Below, in pieces: positions 27,116 to 40,378 of a stretch of 64,000 nt of DNA; position 1 is the stretch's first letter; every line of letters starts with the position of its first letter. A model generated the notes under the pieces. That model worked only from the letters and a program-made list of their open reading frames with translations, was not told the origin of the DNA and ran no database searches. The position numbers and the translations under genes are program-made. The stretch comes from the human T2T-CHM13v2.0 reference genome, Homo sapiens: the NCBI RefSeq assembly GCF_009914755.1, contig NC_060947.1; one strand, given 5' to 3'.

Positions 27116-28367
27116 TTTTTGGATATTTGCACAGTTCACTATGAAAAGGCAAGGTTAGTTCTCCAGGGCATATATATTTATATATACATATTAATCACAT
27201 CTCTTGTTTCCAGGATGTTACCTCACTGATCCTATGAAACTGGGTCCTCTTCATAATGTGATATATTATGACAGATTAAATGTCTTGGGAAAGTTGATCC
27301 ATTATGTAAGGATGATGCAAGGCTTTCATTCTGATCTTCACAGAGAAGTGAGACACTTTAATATTTCTTTGCTTAGAATTCTATTAGAAGTCAAATATTA
27401 TGGAAGGCTTGGAAAACATTGAAGCACTGTATTTCACCAGCAGGGCTGTTGTCATCTGATAATAATGACAAAGAATTTGTCACCCTTGAGATATACTTTA
27501 TACCCTCTATCAAAGAACAATTTCACGAAATGATAATGGCTAATTTCCTAACATGCTGGTAGTAAATAATGCAAGTAAGAGAATTACATATGAGCTGATT
27601 GAGGTCCATGATCTGTGCCGTAAAGGGTAAAGAAGTAAGATATAGTGTTCTGAATCCTGCAAGTCAAAAATAAATGATAGAAACAGTGAAGATAATTTTA
27701 TGGAGAATAAAAATATACTTCTTGATTTTAGCATTCAATCCATTAATTGTGCATAAAGATAGCCATATCATATTGCTCAAGACATTCATTTGTTGTACCT
27801 AAAAGCTCATATCAGAGTCCTTAAAAAAAAAAAAGGAGTCCTACAGAATCGCTGAGGTCATTAACCACCTAAATTTTAACAAAAACTACATTTTCAAGTC
27901 TGAAACAGTGATACTGAGCCATCAATGAAAGATTAGATGACAGGATAACATACTTTATAAGGTGAGAAAAGAACATATCACATTTTAGGGAACTTCCACA
28001 AAATGAAATCAGTTAAAGAAGTTCTGGCACTTAGCCAGAGAACTACTGCTACAGGGATATCTATGCTATGCAAAATGTCTTGTCCTCCTTAGTTCTGTGG
28101 GTAAAAATTCCACAAACTGTGTGATGAGAACATACTGAGATTAACTGTCCTTCCTATTACCAAGCAATCATTCCCTTTGCTGAATTTGACTACATTAATG
28201 TGTCCTAAGAAACCAATTCTTTTAACGCATTAATATACTAAAGAGTTAAGCAGCATATAAAGATATTAACATTCTCCCCATGTATTTGAGATCTGTATAA
28301 CTGCATCTGGGAATTGTCACAGAGAAAAAAGAACAAGTTTGCAATAATTAGATTTCTATTACTGCAA

Positions 28368-29675
28368 CTTTTTTAATTTTTAAACTTTGTGAGTACATGG
28401 TAGGTATATATACTTATGGGGTACATGAGATATTTTGACACAGGTATGCAATGCGTAACAATCACATCAGAGAAAATGGGGTATGCATCCCCTCAAGCAT
28501 TTATCCTTTGTGTTATAAATATTCCAGTTACTCTTTTTAGACATTTTCAAATGTGCAATTAAATTATTTTGTCTATAGTTGCCCTGTTGTGCTATCAAAT
28601 ACTAGATCTTATTCATTCTTTCTAACTATTTTTTTATACCCATTAACCATCCCCACCTCCCCGCCCGCCACCCCCTCAACTACCCTTCCCAGCCTCTGGT
28701 AACCATCCTTCTACTCTGGCTCCGTGTGTTCAATTATTTTAATTTTTGCATCCCACAAATAAGTGAGAACATGTGATGTTTGTCTTTCTGTGCCTGAATA
28801 TTTCACTCAATATAATGACCTTCAGTTCCATCCACGTTGTTGCAAATGACAGTCTCATTTTTTGTATGGCTGAATAGTATTCCATAGTGTATAAGTACCA
28901 CATTGTTTTTATCCATTCATCTGTTGATGAACACTTAGGTTGCTTCCAAATCTTAGCTATTGTAAACAGTGCTGCAACCAACACAGGAGTGCATCTGTCT
29001 TTTTGATATACTGGAAATGGAACCAGCATACATCCTCAGTATGTCCTTTCTTTTGGAATATAACCAGCAGTGATATTGCTGGATCTTATGGTAGCTCAAT
29101 ATTTCGTTTTTTGAGGAACCTCCAAACTGTTCTCCATAGGGGTTGTACTAATTCACGTTCTCACTAACAGTGTACAAGGGTTCCCTTTTCCGCACATCCT
29201 TGCCAGCATATGATACTGCCTGATTTTGGGATAAAAGCCATTTTAACTGGGGTGAAATGATATTTCATTGTAGTTTTTATTTGCATTTCTCTGATGATCA
29301 ATGATGTTGTGCACCTTTTCATATGCCTGTTTGCCACGTGTATGTTTTTGAGTAATTTTTTTCAAATATTTTACCCAGTTTTTATTGGATTACTACATTT
29401 GTTCCTAAGACTTGTTTGAACTCTTTATGTATTCTGGTCATTAATCCCTTGTGAGATGGAGAGTTTGCAAATATTTTTTTTTCCCATTTTGTGGGTTGTC
29501 TCTTCCCTTGGTATCCTTTGCTGTGCAGAAGTTTTTAACTTGATGTGAACCCATTGGTTCACTTTTGCTTTGGTTTCTGGTACTTGTGGGGTATTACTCA
29601 AGAAATGTTTGCCCAGGCAAATGTCTTGTAGAGATTCCCCAATGTTTTCATAGTAGTTTCATAGTTTGAAGTCTA
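28368..29675 (-). mobile_element. L1MA-type 3' fragment
   Basis: The - strand ORF 28739-29029 (AALFTIAKIWKQPKCSSTDEWIK...MEYYSA) is the ORF2 C-terminus; L1MA 3'UTR at 28370-28800. Confidence 0.9.
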
Positions 29676-30804
29676 GTGAGAAAATTGAAAAAAATAAGCA
29701 GTGAGTCAGAATGAGAAGAATGGTTTGCTCCACAGCTTCTATAACACTATTTTAATTAAGTATTGGTCACTCCATAGAACCAAGGCTAGATAATGAATAT
29801 AGAAAATATACTAAAAACATTCTTAAAACTTGTGTCAAAAATATTTGGAATGTTTTCAAAGAAAGTCCAGAAACTTTAAGTGGCATTTCCACTAATAATT
29901 TAGGCACAGACACTGTTTATGATTATTACTAGATGCTACCAGTTTGCTTTAATCAGAAATCATCCAGTTTGGGGTATTGCCCTAAAATCGGAAGATAGCC
30001 TTCATTTTCATTAATTTGTCAAGTAATGTTTAAGCATCTACTATTTGACTGACATTTGGTAATCACTGGCATCACAGCCATGAACAAAGCGGAAGAGAAG
30101 TTAAGAGGCATCTGAGAAACATAACCTGGATGTTCAAAGCCTCATTCCAGTTAAAGAAACATGGCTACTATATTCATTTGATTCCTAAGAGCGTTAAGAG
30201 AGTAAAGAAATCAGCTGAAACAAGGAAAATACCAGATAGTTTTTAGAGTTAAAAGGTAGTTTCATGTGATGTTGATTTTTTTTAAAGTCACTAGCTGTAC
30301 CTAGAATACTGTGCCCTATAATGTGATTTATGTACATTTTGCATTATGTTTTGTTTGCCACTTAATGAAATCGTATATTAACCATTATTTCATATATGAG
30401 GCATTAAACTCTCCATTTGTATACATTAGATCCATAGGTCCTGTCTAGAAGTATCTACTTGAATGTGGAAGCTAATCATTCACTAGCTGCAAACTTCTGC
30501 TAGGTCAACTTTACTTCAGTGACACCAGCATTACATAAGACCACTTGATTAAAGCTGGGACAAGGAACATTGAGAAGGAAAAGATACTGACTTGGAATAC
30601 TGATAGAGCCAGGGTGAAATTAGCAAATGAAATTTGATATGATGAGGATCCAGACAGAAAAATTTGGGCTGGAAATGATAACCATGGATGATAAACAAAG
30701 ATGTCCAGAAACACGATTTCTATAAGAAACCTTCTTATGTTTACACGGTAATATAATATATACCTGTGATTTATCACTTGTTCAGAGGTCCTTTGCACTA
30801 CTTA

Positions 30805-31253
30805 AATAAATCCCTAGAACCTATAAATGTTGCCTTACATGGAAAAAGGGTTTTTGCAAATGTGATTAAGTTAAAGATCTTAAGAAGAAGAGAGTATCCC
30901 AGATTATCTGAATGGGTTCTAAATACAATCACATGTGTATTCACAAGAAAGAGACAGAGGAGATAACAAACCCACACACAGGAGAGAGTAACATGAAGAC
31001 AGACAGAGATTGGAGTGACATAGCCACAAACCAAGGAATGCCAGCAGCCACCAGAAGCTAGAAGGGGCAAGGAACATATACCCCCTCCAGATCCTGTAAA
31101 AGAGTGTGGCCCTCACCTGCTCACACCTTACTTTTGGCCCAGTGATACTGAGTTTGGACTTTTGGTCTCCAGAACTATGAGAGAATAAATTCCCTTTATT
31201 TTAAGCTGTGAAGTTTGTGATAATTTGTTACAACAGCATGGGAAACTTTATAC
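30805..31253 (+). mobile_element. MLT1D-like MaLR solo LTR
   Basis: CCTTACATGGAAAAAGGG..TTGCAAATGTGATTAAGTTAAAGATCTT...CCACCAGAAGCTAGAAG...CTCCAGAACTATGAGAGAATAAA...GGAAACTTTATACA. Confidence 0.85.
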
Positions 31254-32115
31254 AAAAACTTTACATGATCAGCAGCTGGTTTGAGTGCTAAGTCCCTACT
31301 GAGAGATACAAACAAAAAGGAGCCAAAGCTGAGTCCCTAAAGTCATAACTCTAAAACAGCACCTCCTTAAATCTCTGGTGGTGGTAACAGAAGAAACTAG
31401 GATGCCATGAACTTTTGGTATAGTTCCCAAGAGTTATTATAAAATTTTCATAAAAACATCTTAAAGCCAGAATGAAAAAATATCTATTCATTCTTCCCAT
31501 TTCCATGGCTTTCAGTGTTTTTTATTTTACTTTGTTATGTTTTTTCTTTCTGACAGAGTCTTTTACATACATAAATACTTTAATAAAATCTCTCAGTTGT
31601 GGCTATTAAAATAACATTTTTTGTGACAGTTTTGCAAGAGAAAAATGGGTTATAGCTTTTAAAAATTTAATGGTAGACACAAAGTAAAGCAGAAAATCAA
31701 GGGGTAACCTAAGTTGATTGAGAGAAACATAAAGTATTTAGACCTAACATTGGTTAAAGATGTTACTCTGGAACTCACACCAGGGCACCAATAGCCATGG
31801 CCCCAAGGGTGATATAATTAGAAATAAGAGACACAGTTTGTTTGTCTGGGGTTAGAACCTTGAATTATTTTCTTGACAATGACACCTAAAACCCAAGTAA
31901 AAGTTGTAAACATTTACAAAGGCTTATATGAGTCATGTCTATCTCCACAGTACCCCATTCCTTCCAAATTCATCAGCCTCATCAAACACTGACCCACGCA
32001 TATTAGAATTGTACAATTAACCTTGAGCAGCTGATTATAATTTTATACCTTTTTTCGGATTCTTGGTATCTTGTGATGCAGTACCCACCTATTAGAAATG
32101 GACAAGCTGCTAGAT

Positions 32116-32465
32116 CAGTGGTGTTCAACATAGGTTGTATATGGGAATCACTGGGTGAAGTCTTACAAGCACTATGTCTCAGACCGAGCCTTAGAGATTC
32201 TAGTTTATGGTGTATTCTGGACATTAGGATTTTTTAAAATCACTTTAGATGTTTCTGAAGTGCAGATGAGGTTGGGAACCATCTGGGCACCAAAGATATT
32301 GCTTAATCCAGAGATTCTCAAACTGTAATGTGCATATGAATCACCTGAGGAAAACTGTGAAAATATAGATTCTGATTCATTATATGGGAAATTAGGCCCT
32401 GCATTTTTCACATGCCCCCAGATGATGATGATGCTGGTTGTTGAGGGCTACACTTTGGGTAGCAA
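32116..32465. mobile_element. Two adjacent MER5-family (hAT-Charlie) elements
   Basis: CAGTGGTGTTCAAC..GAATCACTGGG...GGTTGGGAACCA, then TTCTCAAACTGTAATGTGCATATGAATCACCTG...ACACTTTGGGTAGCAAG. Confidence 0.75.
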
Positions 32466-33723
32466 GAGCCAAGATCATCGCTTTTCCATTTATAGAAAGT
32501 GATAATATTAGTAAAGCACAGTGAAGACTGTATATAAGACTGCTCTTAACAAGGAACAGGGGCTCTGGTTGGTCTGCGGACTTCAATGGCTCTGGCTACC
32601 TCAGGCACTACCCACTTATCCCACGACCAGGATCAAGGGAAATGATGTCCTGGCTCATCTGTGACCCATTTTCCTGAACATCACTGGCACATTAGTTGCA
32701 TATCTTTGCCTCAGACCCACAATTTCATTACCAATATCCAATACCCATAGATAAGACAAATACCAGAATTACATACATAGAAGAATATACACACTATGTG
32801 TGCATTGCCAAAAGGGATGCAGGTTATCATCAGGTAGCTCTGTCCATAAGTAAGGATATTTAGGCTACTCAAGAGCTAAAGAACCATAGTCAGCGTAAAC
32901 AAACACAAGAGGAAAAGATCAAAGGAAATTTGAAAAAGTTGCTGAATTCAAACAATTGCCCCTTAAGCTGGCTTCCCAGTACTGTTGAAACCAGTTTGTG
33001 ATCTCCATTTAGAAACCTACCTTATTTAAAAATACCCAGCTATTTAGAGACCAGCACAAAAGAGCTAACCAGGAAAGAAAAAACTTTAGCAACTCTGCAT
33101 CTTTGAAAGGTTCACCAATATGTGTATACTCTGGAGCTAGAAGAGAGATGTAAATGGTTATACTATTGTTTGCAGCATGTACACAGTGGAATTTATTTTA
33201 TTACTTGTTAACTCTCACAGTTTAAAGTGTGGTTCAACATGATGGAGAAGGAAAAATGTTTTACTATATAGTTAATAAGTTTTTCCAACTAATTGCCTAT
33301 AAATATTTTGCTTACTTTATTTTTCTGAAAGGGAAAATTAAATTACTGCTGCCGCCAACAGGGTATTTTAATTTTCATTTGAACAAGATACAGGTGAAAT
33401 GCTACAGATAAAATTTAAAATAAACAGTGACTCATTCTAGGAGTTACTGGGCATTCCCCAAATGCTATGCTTGTAAAATGGCTTGGATAGAAATAAAGCC
33501 ATATAGAGATATTGTATCTTTTGTGCAGACCCAGTTTTAATGCCATGAAATTAATATGACACAGGTAGAAGATATGCGTCTCCAAATTCCCATGGGCCAC
33601 TTTTAGCAATAATTAAATCGTATAATTTTGTCTCCTTGTTTATATTCACTGTGTCTCACAGTGAGTAAAATCATAGAATTAGTATGCTCAAAATGGAAAA
33701 GAATCTTAAAGAACTCAGCTCCC

Positions 33724-33727
<4 letters not shown>

Positions 33728-33770
<43 letters not shown>
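33728..33770. repeat. (TA)n microsatellite
   Basis: Uninterrupted TA run of about 21 units. Confidence 0.95.
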
Positions 33771-33772
<2 letters not shown>

Positions 33773-34911
33773 AAACAAATTCAAAGATCTTAAGTAGTTG
33801 GCCCGAGATTATAGAACTCAATAATAACATAACCAAGACTAAAATCAAGTTCTCTTGATTTCTTGTTCACTGCTCTCCATATCACGCATTAATATATGTC
33901 AGCTAAGTTTGAGAAGATAATTATAGAGATTGATGAGATGGTAAAATAGACATGCTGTGTGTCAAAGCTATTCCTTGGACAGTACCATTAGAATGTTGCC
34001 ATTGTTCTTCAGGCATCCCAAAAGGCAGCTAAGCCTAGTACTACATTATTTGTAGTGTATTTTTATACTACAAATATGGGTATTTGTAAAGTATTTCACA
34101 GGTATTTTTAAATCCCTATGTGAGCCACTGTAGGTAACTTTTTAGGAATGAGACTATCTTCTTGAATCATCTATAAACTTGAAAAGCCTTAAAAGGGGTA
34201 ACTGATGAATGAGTAGAAATGGATATTGACTTAAGTTTTACTGAAAAAATTTCCCCATTTTAGTTGATGATTAATGTGGTAAAATTCTCTTTTTCTGATT
34301 TCTCTGCCTATCAGCTCACTTCTACAATGGTCACCACTGAATGAGTTAACATCATTTGGTTGACAATTTCTAAGAGTATCAAATTGTGTTGCTCACATCT
34401 TGTCACATAGAAGAAAAATGTTTTCTCTATTATCATTTAAAAAATTGAGTTTCAATCCTTCAGAAATTTAAGTACGTCTATGAAATTATTTGATTTCTTA
34501 TATCACTCCCTCAAATATATTCTATAATATATGTTTATTTTTACAGAATTTGGAAGACTATATTTGTTTATAAACTGCAGTATTGTAAAATTATTCTTTA
34601 AAATTATCTCCATTAAACATTAAATATCCCTTCAACATTAGAAGGATTTCACCTTTTACATAAGGAAGCCTGAGAATATCAGTGATCAATGGCATGATGT
34701 TTTTCAACCAAATGTATCCTTATTGTATGTTATTTACCTGTGAAAATATGTAAAATTTCTATACAAGTCAAAGTTCAAATTATAATTTCATAGTGACCAG
34801 AATTCCAGTATCAACATTTATTTGAATCTTCTGAGTATTTTATCTACAGGAGACTGTATTTTTCAGATATTTTTCTAAATAGTAAGGCTAAATTTGGAAT
34901 TTGTTCTTTTG

Positions 34912-35341
<430 letters not shown>

Positions 35342-35399
35342 CAATAGGTAATTTTTATCATAGAAAATTTTATGCTGAAATATCTACGTTAACAATTTC

Positions 35400-35905
35400 A
35401 TTGGAACATATTTTATCTACCAGAAACTGCATATATGTAAATGTGTGCGATTTGATGAGTTTTGATAGATGTCCACCCTTGTTTTCACCACCCCACAGAC
35501 AAGATATTGGATATTCTCAACACCCTTCAGGGTTTCTTCATGCCTCTTTATCCCAGTGGGATGTTTCAGAATAAAGCTCTCATTAACATTTGTGTACAAT
35601 TATTGGTTTGGGTATGTGCTTCAATTCGTTTTGGGTAACTGTTTCAGAGTGGAAGTGTCATGTCATATTTTAAGTACATGTTTAACTTTTTAAGAAGCTA
35701 CCAAACTGTTTCTCAAAGTGATTGTAGCATTTTTACATTTCCCTCAGCAGTGTATAATAGTCTTACTTTCTCCTTGTTTTGATACATATATACAATGTGT
35801 AATGGTCAAATCAGTATATTTAGCATTTCGATCATCTAAAACATTCATTCTTTATGGCAAGAATATTTAAAATCCTCTCTTCAAGCTATTTTGAAATATA
35901 TCAAT
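35400..35905 (-). mobile_element. Degraded L1M fragments
   Basis: TTTGATGAGTTTTGA...CCAAACTGTTTCTCAAAGTGATTGTAGCATTTTTACATTTCCCTCAGCAGTGTA; TCTTCAAGCTATTTTGAAATATA. Confidence 0.6.
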
Positions 35906-36547
35906 AGATCATTTTTGAGTAGTGATTGTAAAGGCAACTATAAAATTTATTCCTCACTCAAATTTTTCATCCTATTCTCTGGCATAGTCTTAAGGTCTCT
36001 GGGTAGGTTCCCTACCCAGGTTCTGAATGATTAAAAATAAAACAAAGGAGAGGGAGGTAGAGAACCAAAAATATCACCTTTATTATTGATGAAGTATAAG
36101 CTGAAGGGCGTAGCTTTATTTCTGTTAATCAGGTGAACTTGTTAAAACCAAATTCTGGAATCAGATACTATAACTCACTGATTCATAGAAGCACTGAACC
36201 AAGACAGGCCTCCTTCCCTGTTGGGGGCAGAGAACAATATGTCTCCCTATAGGCAGCCCTATTCTCAAAATGGACAAAAATCGAGCTGAGCCAAGCCTGC
36301 CAGTTGTTTATCAATCACATAACTAATTCCAACTCTCCTGGGACAGAGTGATTAAAAGAGTGTAGAGCTTCCAGGGATGTGTTGGAAACATTCTCTCCTC
36401 ATGGAATCTATAGAAGTTTAGAAAATGTATCATTCCCTTTTAACATAAACTATGTAAAATTTGACCCAAGCCTTATTAAAGTTATTTGTCTCCCTCTACA
36501 TGTCACACTGTCATCACTTTCTTCTGCTCTTTTACCACTTCCCCTGT

Positions 36548-36899
36548 TGATATGGTTTGGCTGTGTCCCCATTCACATCTCAACTTGAATTATAGCTCCC
36601 AGAATTCCCACGTGTTGTGGGAGGGACCCAGGGGCAGGTTATTGAATCATGGGGGCCAGTCTTTCTGAGCTATTCTCATGACAGTGAATAAGTCTCACGA
36701 GATCTGATGGGTTTATCAGGGTTTCCGTTATTGCCCTCTCCTCATTCTCTCTTGCCGCCATCATGTAAGAAGTGTCTTTCACCCTCTGCCATTATTCTGA
36801 GGCCTCCCCAGACATGTGCAACTGTAAATCCAATTAAATCTCTTTATCTTCCCAGTCTTGGGTATGTCTTTATCAGCAGTGTGAATATGGACTAATACA
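36548..36899 (+). mobile_element. THE1 (THE1A-like) solo LTR
   Basis: TGATATGGTTTGGCTGTGTCCCC...GAATAAGTCTCACGAGATCTGATGG...GGACTAATACA. Confidence 0.93.
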
Positions 36900-37189
36900 C
36901 CCATGCTCCCTAGCCATTTACCCTAAGGCAAATAGGGATCGGCCTTTTTCTGGTTCAGGTGTATAACATGATGGATGGTACTTAATGGAGTTCTTGAATA
37001 GCTGAATTGATGGAGGCCGGGTCCCCATTCTTTAACAAAAATAGTCATAGAATTGAATGGAGAAGTTCATGGTACCAACACATATTCATGGTAAGAAATA
37101 TATTTTAGTGAGGGACAGAAAGAGGTACATCCAGCAGGAGCCAGAACACATGAGTAAGTCCTGATAGTAGCACTGATATTCTATAATTC

Positions 37190-37721
37190 TGAGAGGTGAA
37201 GCCAGCTGGACTTCTGGGTCGGATGGGGACTTGGAGAACTTTTCTGTCTTACAACATGATTATAAAATGCACCAATCAGCACTCTGTAGGTAGGATTGTA
37301 AAATACACCAATCAGCGCTCTGTGGCTAGCTAGAGGTTTGTAAAATGCGCCAATAAGTGCTCTGTAAAAACGCACCAATCAGCACTCTGTGGGTAGCTAG
37401 AGGTTTGTAAAATGAACAAATCAGCACTCTGTAAAATGGACCAATCAGCACTCTGTAAAATGGACCAGTTGGCAGGATGTGGGTGGGGACAAATAACGGA
37501 ATAAAAGCTGGCCACCCCAGCCAGCAGTGGCAACCTGCTCAGGTTCCCTTCCATGCTGTGGAAGCTTTGTTCTTTCGCTCTTCACAATAAATCTTGCTGC
37601 TGCTCACTCTTTGGGTCTGTGCCATCTTTAAGAGCTGTAACACTCACTGCAAAGGTCCGCAACTCCATTCTTGAAGTCAGTGAGACCATGAACCCACCAG
37701 AAGGAACCAACTCCAGAAACA
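37190..37721 (+). mobile_element. LTR12-family (ERV9; LTR12F-like) solo LTR with 4-bp TSD ATTC
   Basis: TGAGAGGTGAAGCCAGCTGG start, tandem CACCAATCAGCACTCTGT repeats, AATAAA at about 37586; TSD at 37186-89 / 37722-25. Confidence 0.93.
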
Positions 37722-37996
37722 ATTCTAGCATTTTCTACACATGTAAAATAATATCTTGACTTTGTCCTAGTCACTGTTTGTCTCCCATGAAATTAGTTAC
37801 ACCATGTGGCCAATAAAAATCGGAGATTCTCCTAGACAAGAACAGCTACACCATCAACAAACCGACTTTGGCTAAAAGACATATTATTTACATGGGTAAA
37901 AATAATTCTCATTTTTTATATATAAATAAAAGGAATATAATAAATTGACTATAAGTATCTCCATTGGGTTCATAAACATGCTACTTCGGAGGTAAA

Positions 37997-38130
37997 ATTT
38001 TTATTTTATTTTTAAAGAGAGAGTCTTTCCATGTTGCCTAGCCTGGTCTTGAACTACTGGCTTCAAGCAATCCTCCCACCTCAGCCTCCCAAGAAGCTAG
38101 GATTACATACACAAGGCTCCATGCCAAGCT
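37997..38130 (-). mobile_element. FLAM monomer
   Basis: ATGTTGCCTAGCCTGGTCTTGAACTACTGGCTTCAAGCAATCCTCCCACCTCAGCCTCCC with a T-rich tail. Confidence 0.8.
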
Positions 38131-40094
38131 AAAAATCTTATTTTTGACAACTGTCATTACTAAGAAAGCGTCTATGTTCCAAAAGCTTTGCACTTTCAGA
38201 AGCTGGTTCATAGTATTGGTGCTTTATTGATGCGAGTAAAATGTCTAATTTAAGATAAAGATACAGGGAGATAAAAAACAAAACAGTAGTTCAACTTTTC
38301 ACAGCTCTATTCTTCTGTCATAAGGCAGCAAACATCTGTCAATAGCCCTTGTGTGCCAAAGGACATTTGAGAAATATTACTTTATATACCATGGTTTTAT
38401 GGTAATTTGCCATGTGGTAATCCTTTCTTTATCTGAGAAAGTAGATGGACTTGATAAAATGTCGGTAAAGGGAGCTTGGTACATAGGCTATTTCACCCAC
38501 AATTGACAATTTAATGTTATAACCATGAAAGCAATAAATGTAACATGGTATTCAAAATCTTAATAACTTGTTCTAGGTTCTGAGAACATTTGCCTACTTT
38601 CTACTTTGTAATATTCTCTAGAGACAATAGGAAGCCCACAGTTCTGTACACCAAGTGAGAAAGAGGGTGCTATTAATACCTAATATCACTGTCAATTCAC
38701 TCAAGCAAAAAATAATAAAAATAAAATAAAATAAAATAAAAAGGAGAGCAGATGACCTTGCTCTCTGCAAAGCAGTGATATGTTGTGTCCACAGATGATA
38801 TTCCAACCTAAAATGAGAGGGTGGAGTATAGTGGAGATATCTTCAGTGTTTGAACTTGTGAAGTAATTCAAATAAAGATAGATTACTAGGAGAAAACTGA
38901 GAAACTCGAACAGACATTACCTGATTAATATTGATTATTATCTTGAGTAGAAAGCTCAAGTGCCTTCTTTGAAAAAAATCATTTGACTTATATCTGTTTC
39001 TTGGAGTTTTAAATCTTTCACCTTCTGCCTTATAAATAAAAGAGTCAGTTATTTAATATAGAACTGGGCCAAGAGAAGTGAGTCTCCCATCAAACACTCC
39101 TTCTCTGTCTTGAACATTTGACTCTAACCCACTTAGTTCGCACATATGCTGTTTTAACTTAGATATTATAAAATCCTCACAACTGCCCTATAAAGTGTGT
39201 AAAAATTGTTCTTTTAACTCACTAATTTATTACTAATAAAGATGCTTCTAGAGGTTTACCTCTAGGCTTTCTGACTAGAACTGTAATTTCTGGACATACA
39301 TAATATTATAATGAAATTACACTATAAAATCATTTGGACAGCCCAAAAGTTTGCCCTATATATTTATTCTTTTGGAGCTTACTAGTGTTGTCTTTCAGAG
39401 AACCATTAATATAAATATGCATAGCCCAAAATGATATTCACTAAATGATTGTATTTCTTAATGTTCTGTTACGTTTTTTTCTAATAATCAGCCAGAAGCT
39501 TAGGTATTCTTAAACAGATCTTTAATGATGTTTAAGATCAATACTGAAAGTTATTTCTAAAGCATCTTCCCTTTAGTAGAGAGCCTCGACCTTTGCTGAC
39601 TCACATGTATTCCTAGTTGTAAACTTTGGATTTTTCAACCTTCTCTAAATTAGATTGGTTGGCCTAATGGCTACCTTACACTCCAGTAAACAAATATGAT
39701 GTAATTTTAGTTTACATAAGTCTATCTCCATTAAATTTATGCAAGAAGTGTGCATTAAGTTACTGGGTTAAAAGATGTTTGCAATGGAGTCAAACTAGAA
39801 AACATTAATGATATTCTAACTTACTCTGAATTTCCAATAACCCAGACTAGGTTGGTAGTTGCTTAACAGAGTGGGGAGAATATTGGAAGGCTTTTTAAGA
39901 ATAATTTGCAAAGTTAAGTGTATTAAATTATGTGATATTATCTATTTAAAAATATATGCTTTCTTTGGAAAATAACTGAGATTTTTTTTCTGGCTATCTA
40001 CCTGCTATTATTCACATTTTTGTTCCCAAAAATAATCATGATACTTAAAACATCTATTATATACTATGTACAAGGGACATCACCTTGCATAAGT

Positions 40095-40378
40095 TTTATA
40101 GAATCCTCACATCTGTCCTTCATATGAGAAGAGTTAATGTCCTCTACTTTATAGCTAAGGGTATAGAGGTGCAGTAATTTAGCTAAGTTCACAGCTAACA
40201 AATAGCATCCACTATTTAAACATAGTGTGATATGAGAAGAGTTAATGTCCTCTACTTTATAGCTAAGGGTATAGAGGTGCAGTAATTTAGCTAAGTTCAC
40301 AGCTAACAAATAGCATCCACTATTTAAACATAGTGTGATATGAGACTCGACTCTACCACTTGCACCTTTAACCATTGT
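40095..40378 (-). mobile_element. Degraded MIR carrying the 108-bp duplication
   Basis: AATCCTCAC...AGAGGTGCAGTAATTTAGCTAAGTTCACAGCTAACAAATAGCA...TTTAACCATT resembles the MIR core. Confidence 0.55.
40122..40345. repeat. Perfect 108-bp tandem duplication (2 copies plus 8 bp)
   Basis: 40122-40229 equals 40230-40337; ATATGAGA recurs at 40122, 40230 and 40338; mirrored by the 36-aa repeat in ORF 40064-40414. Confidence 0.97.

Noticed and set aside
37260-37470. CRISPR-like or novel repeat array
   Set aside because: These are the normal CCAAT-containing U3 repeats of LTR12 in eukaryotic DNA, without unique spacers.
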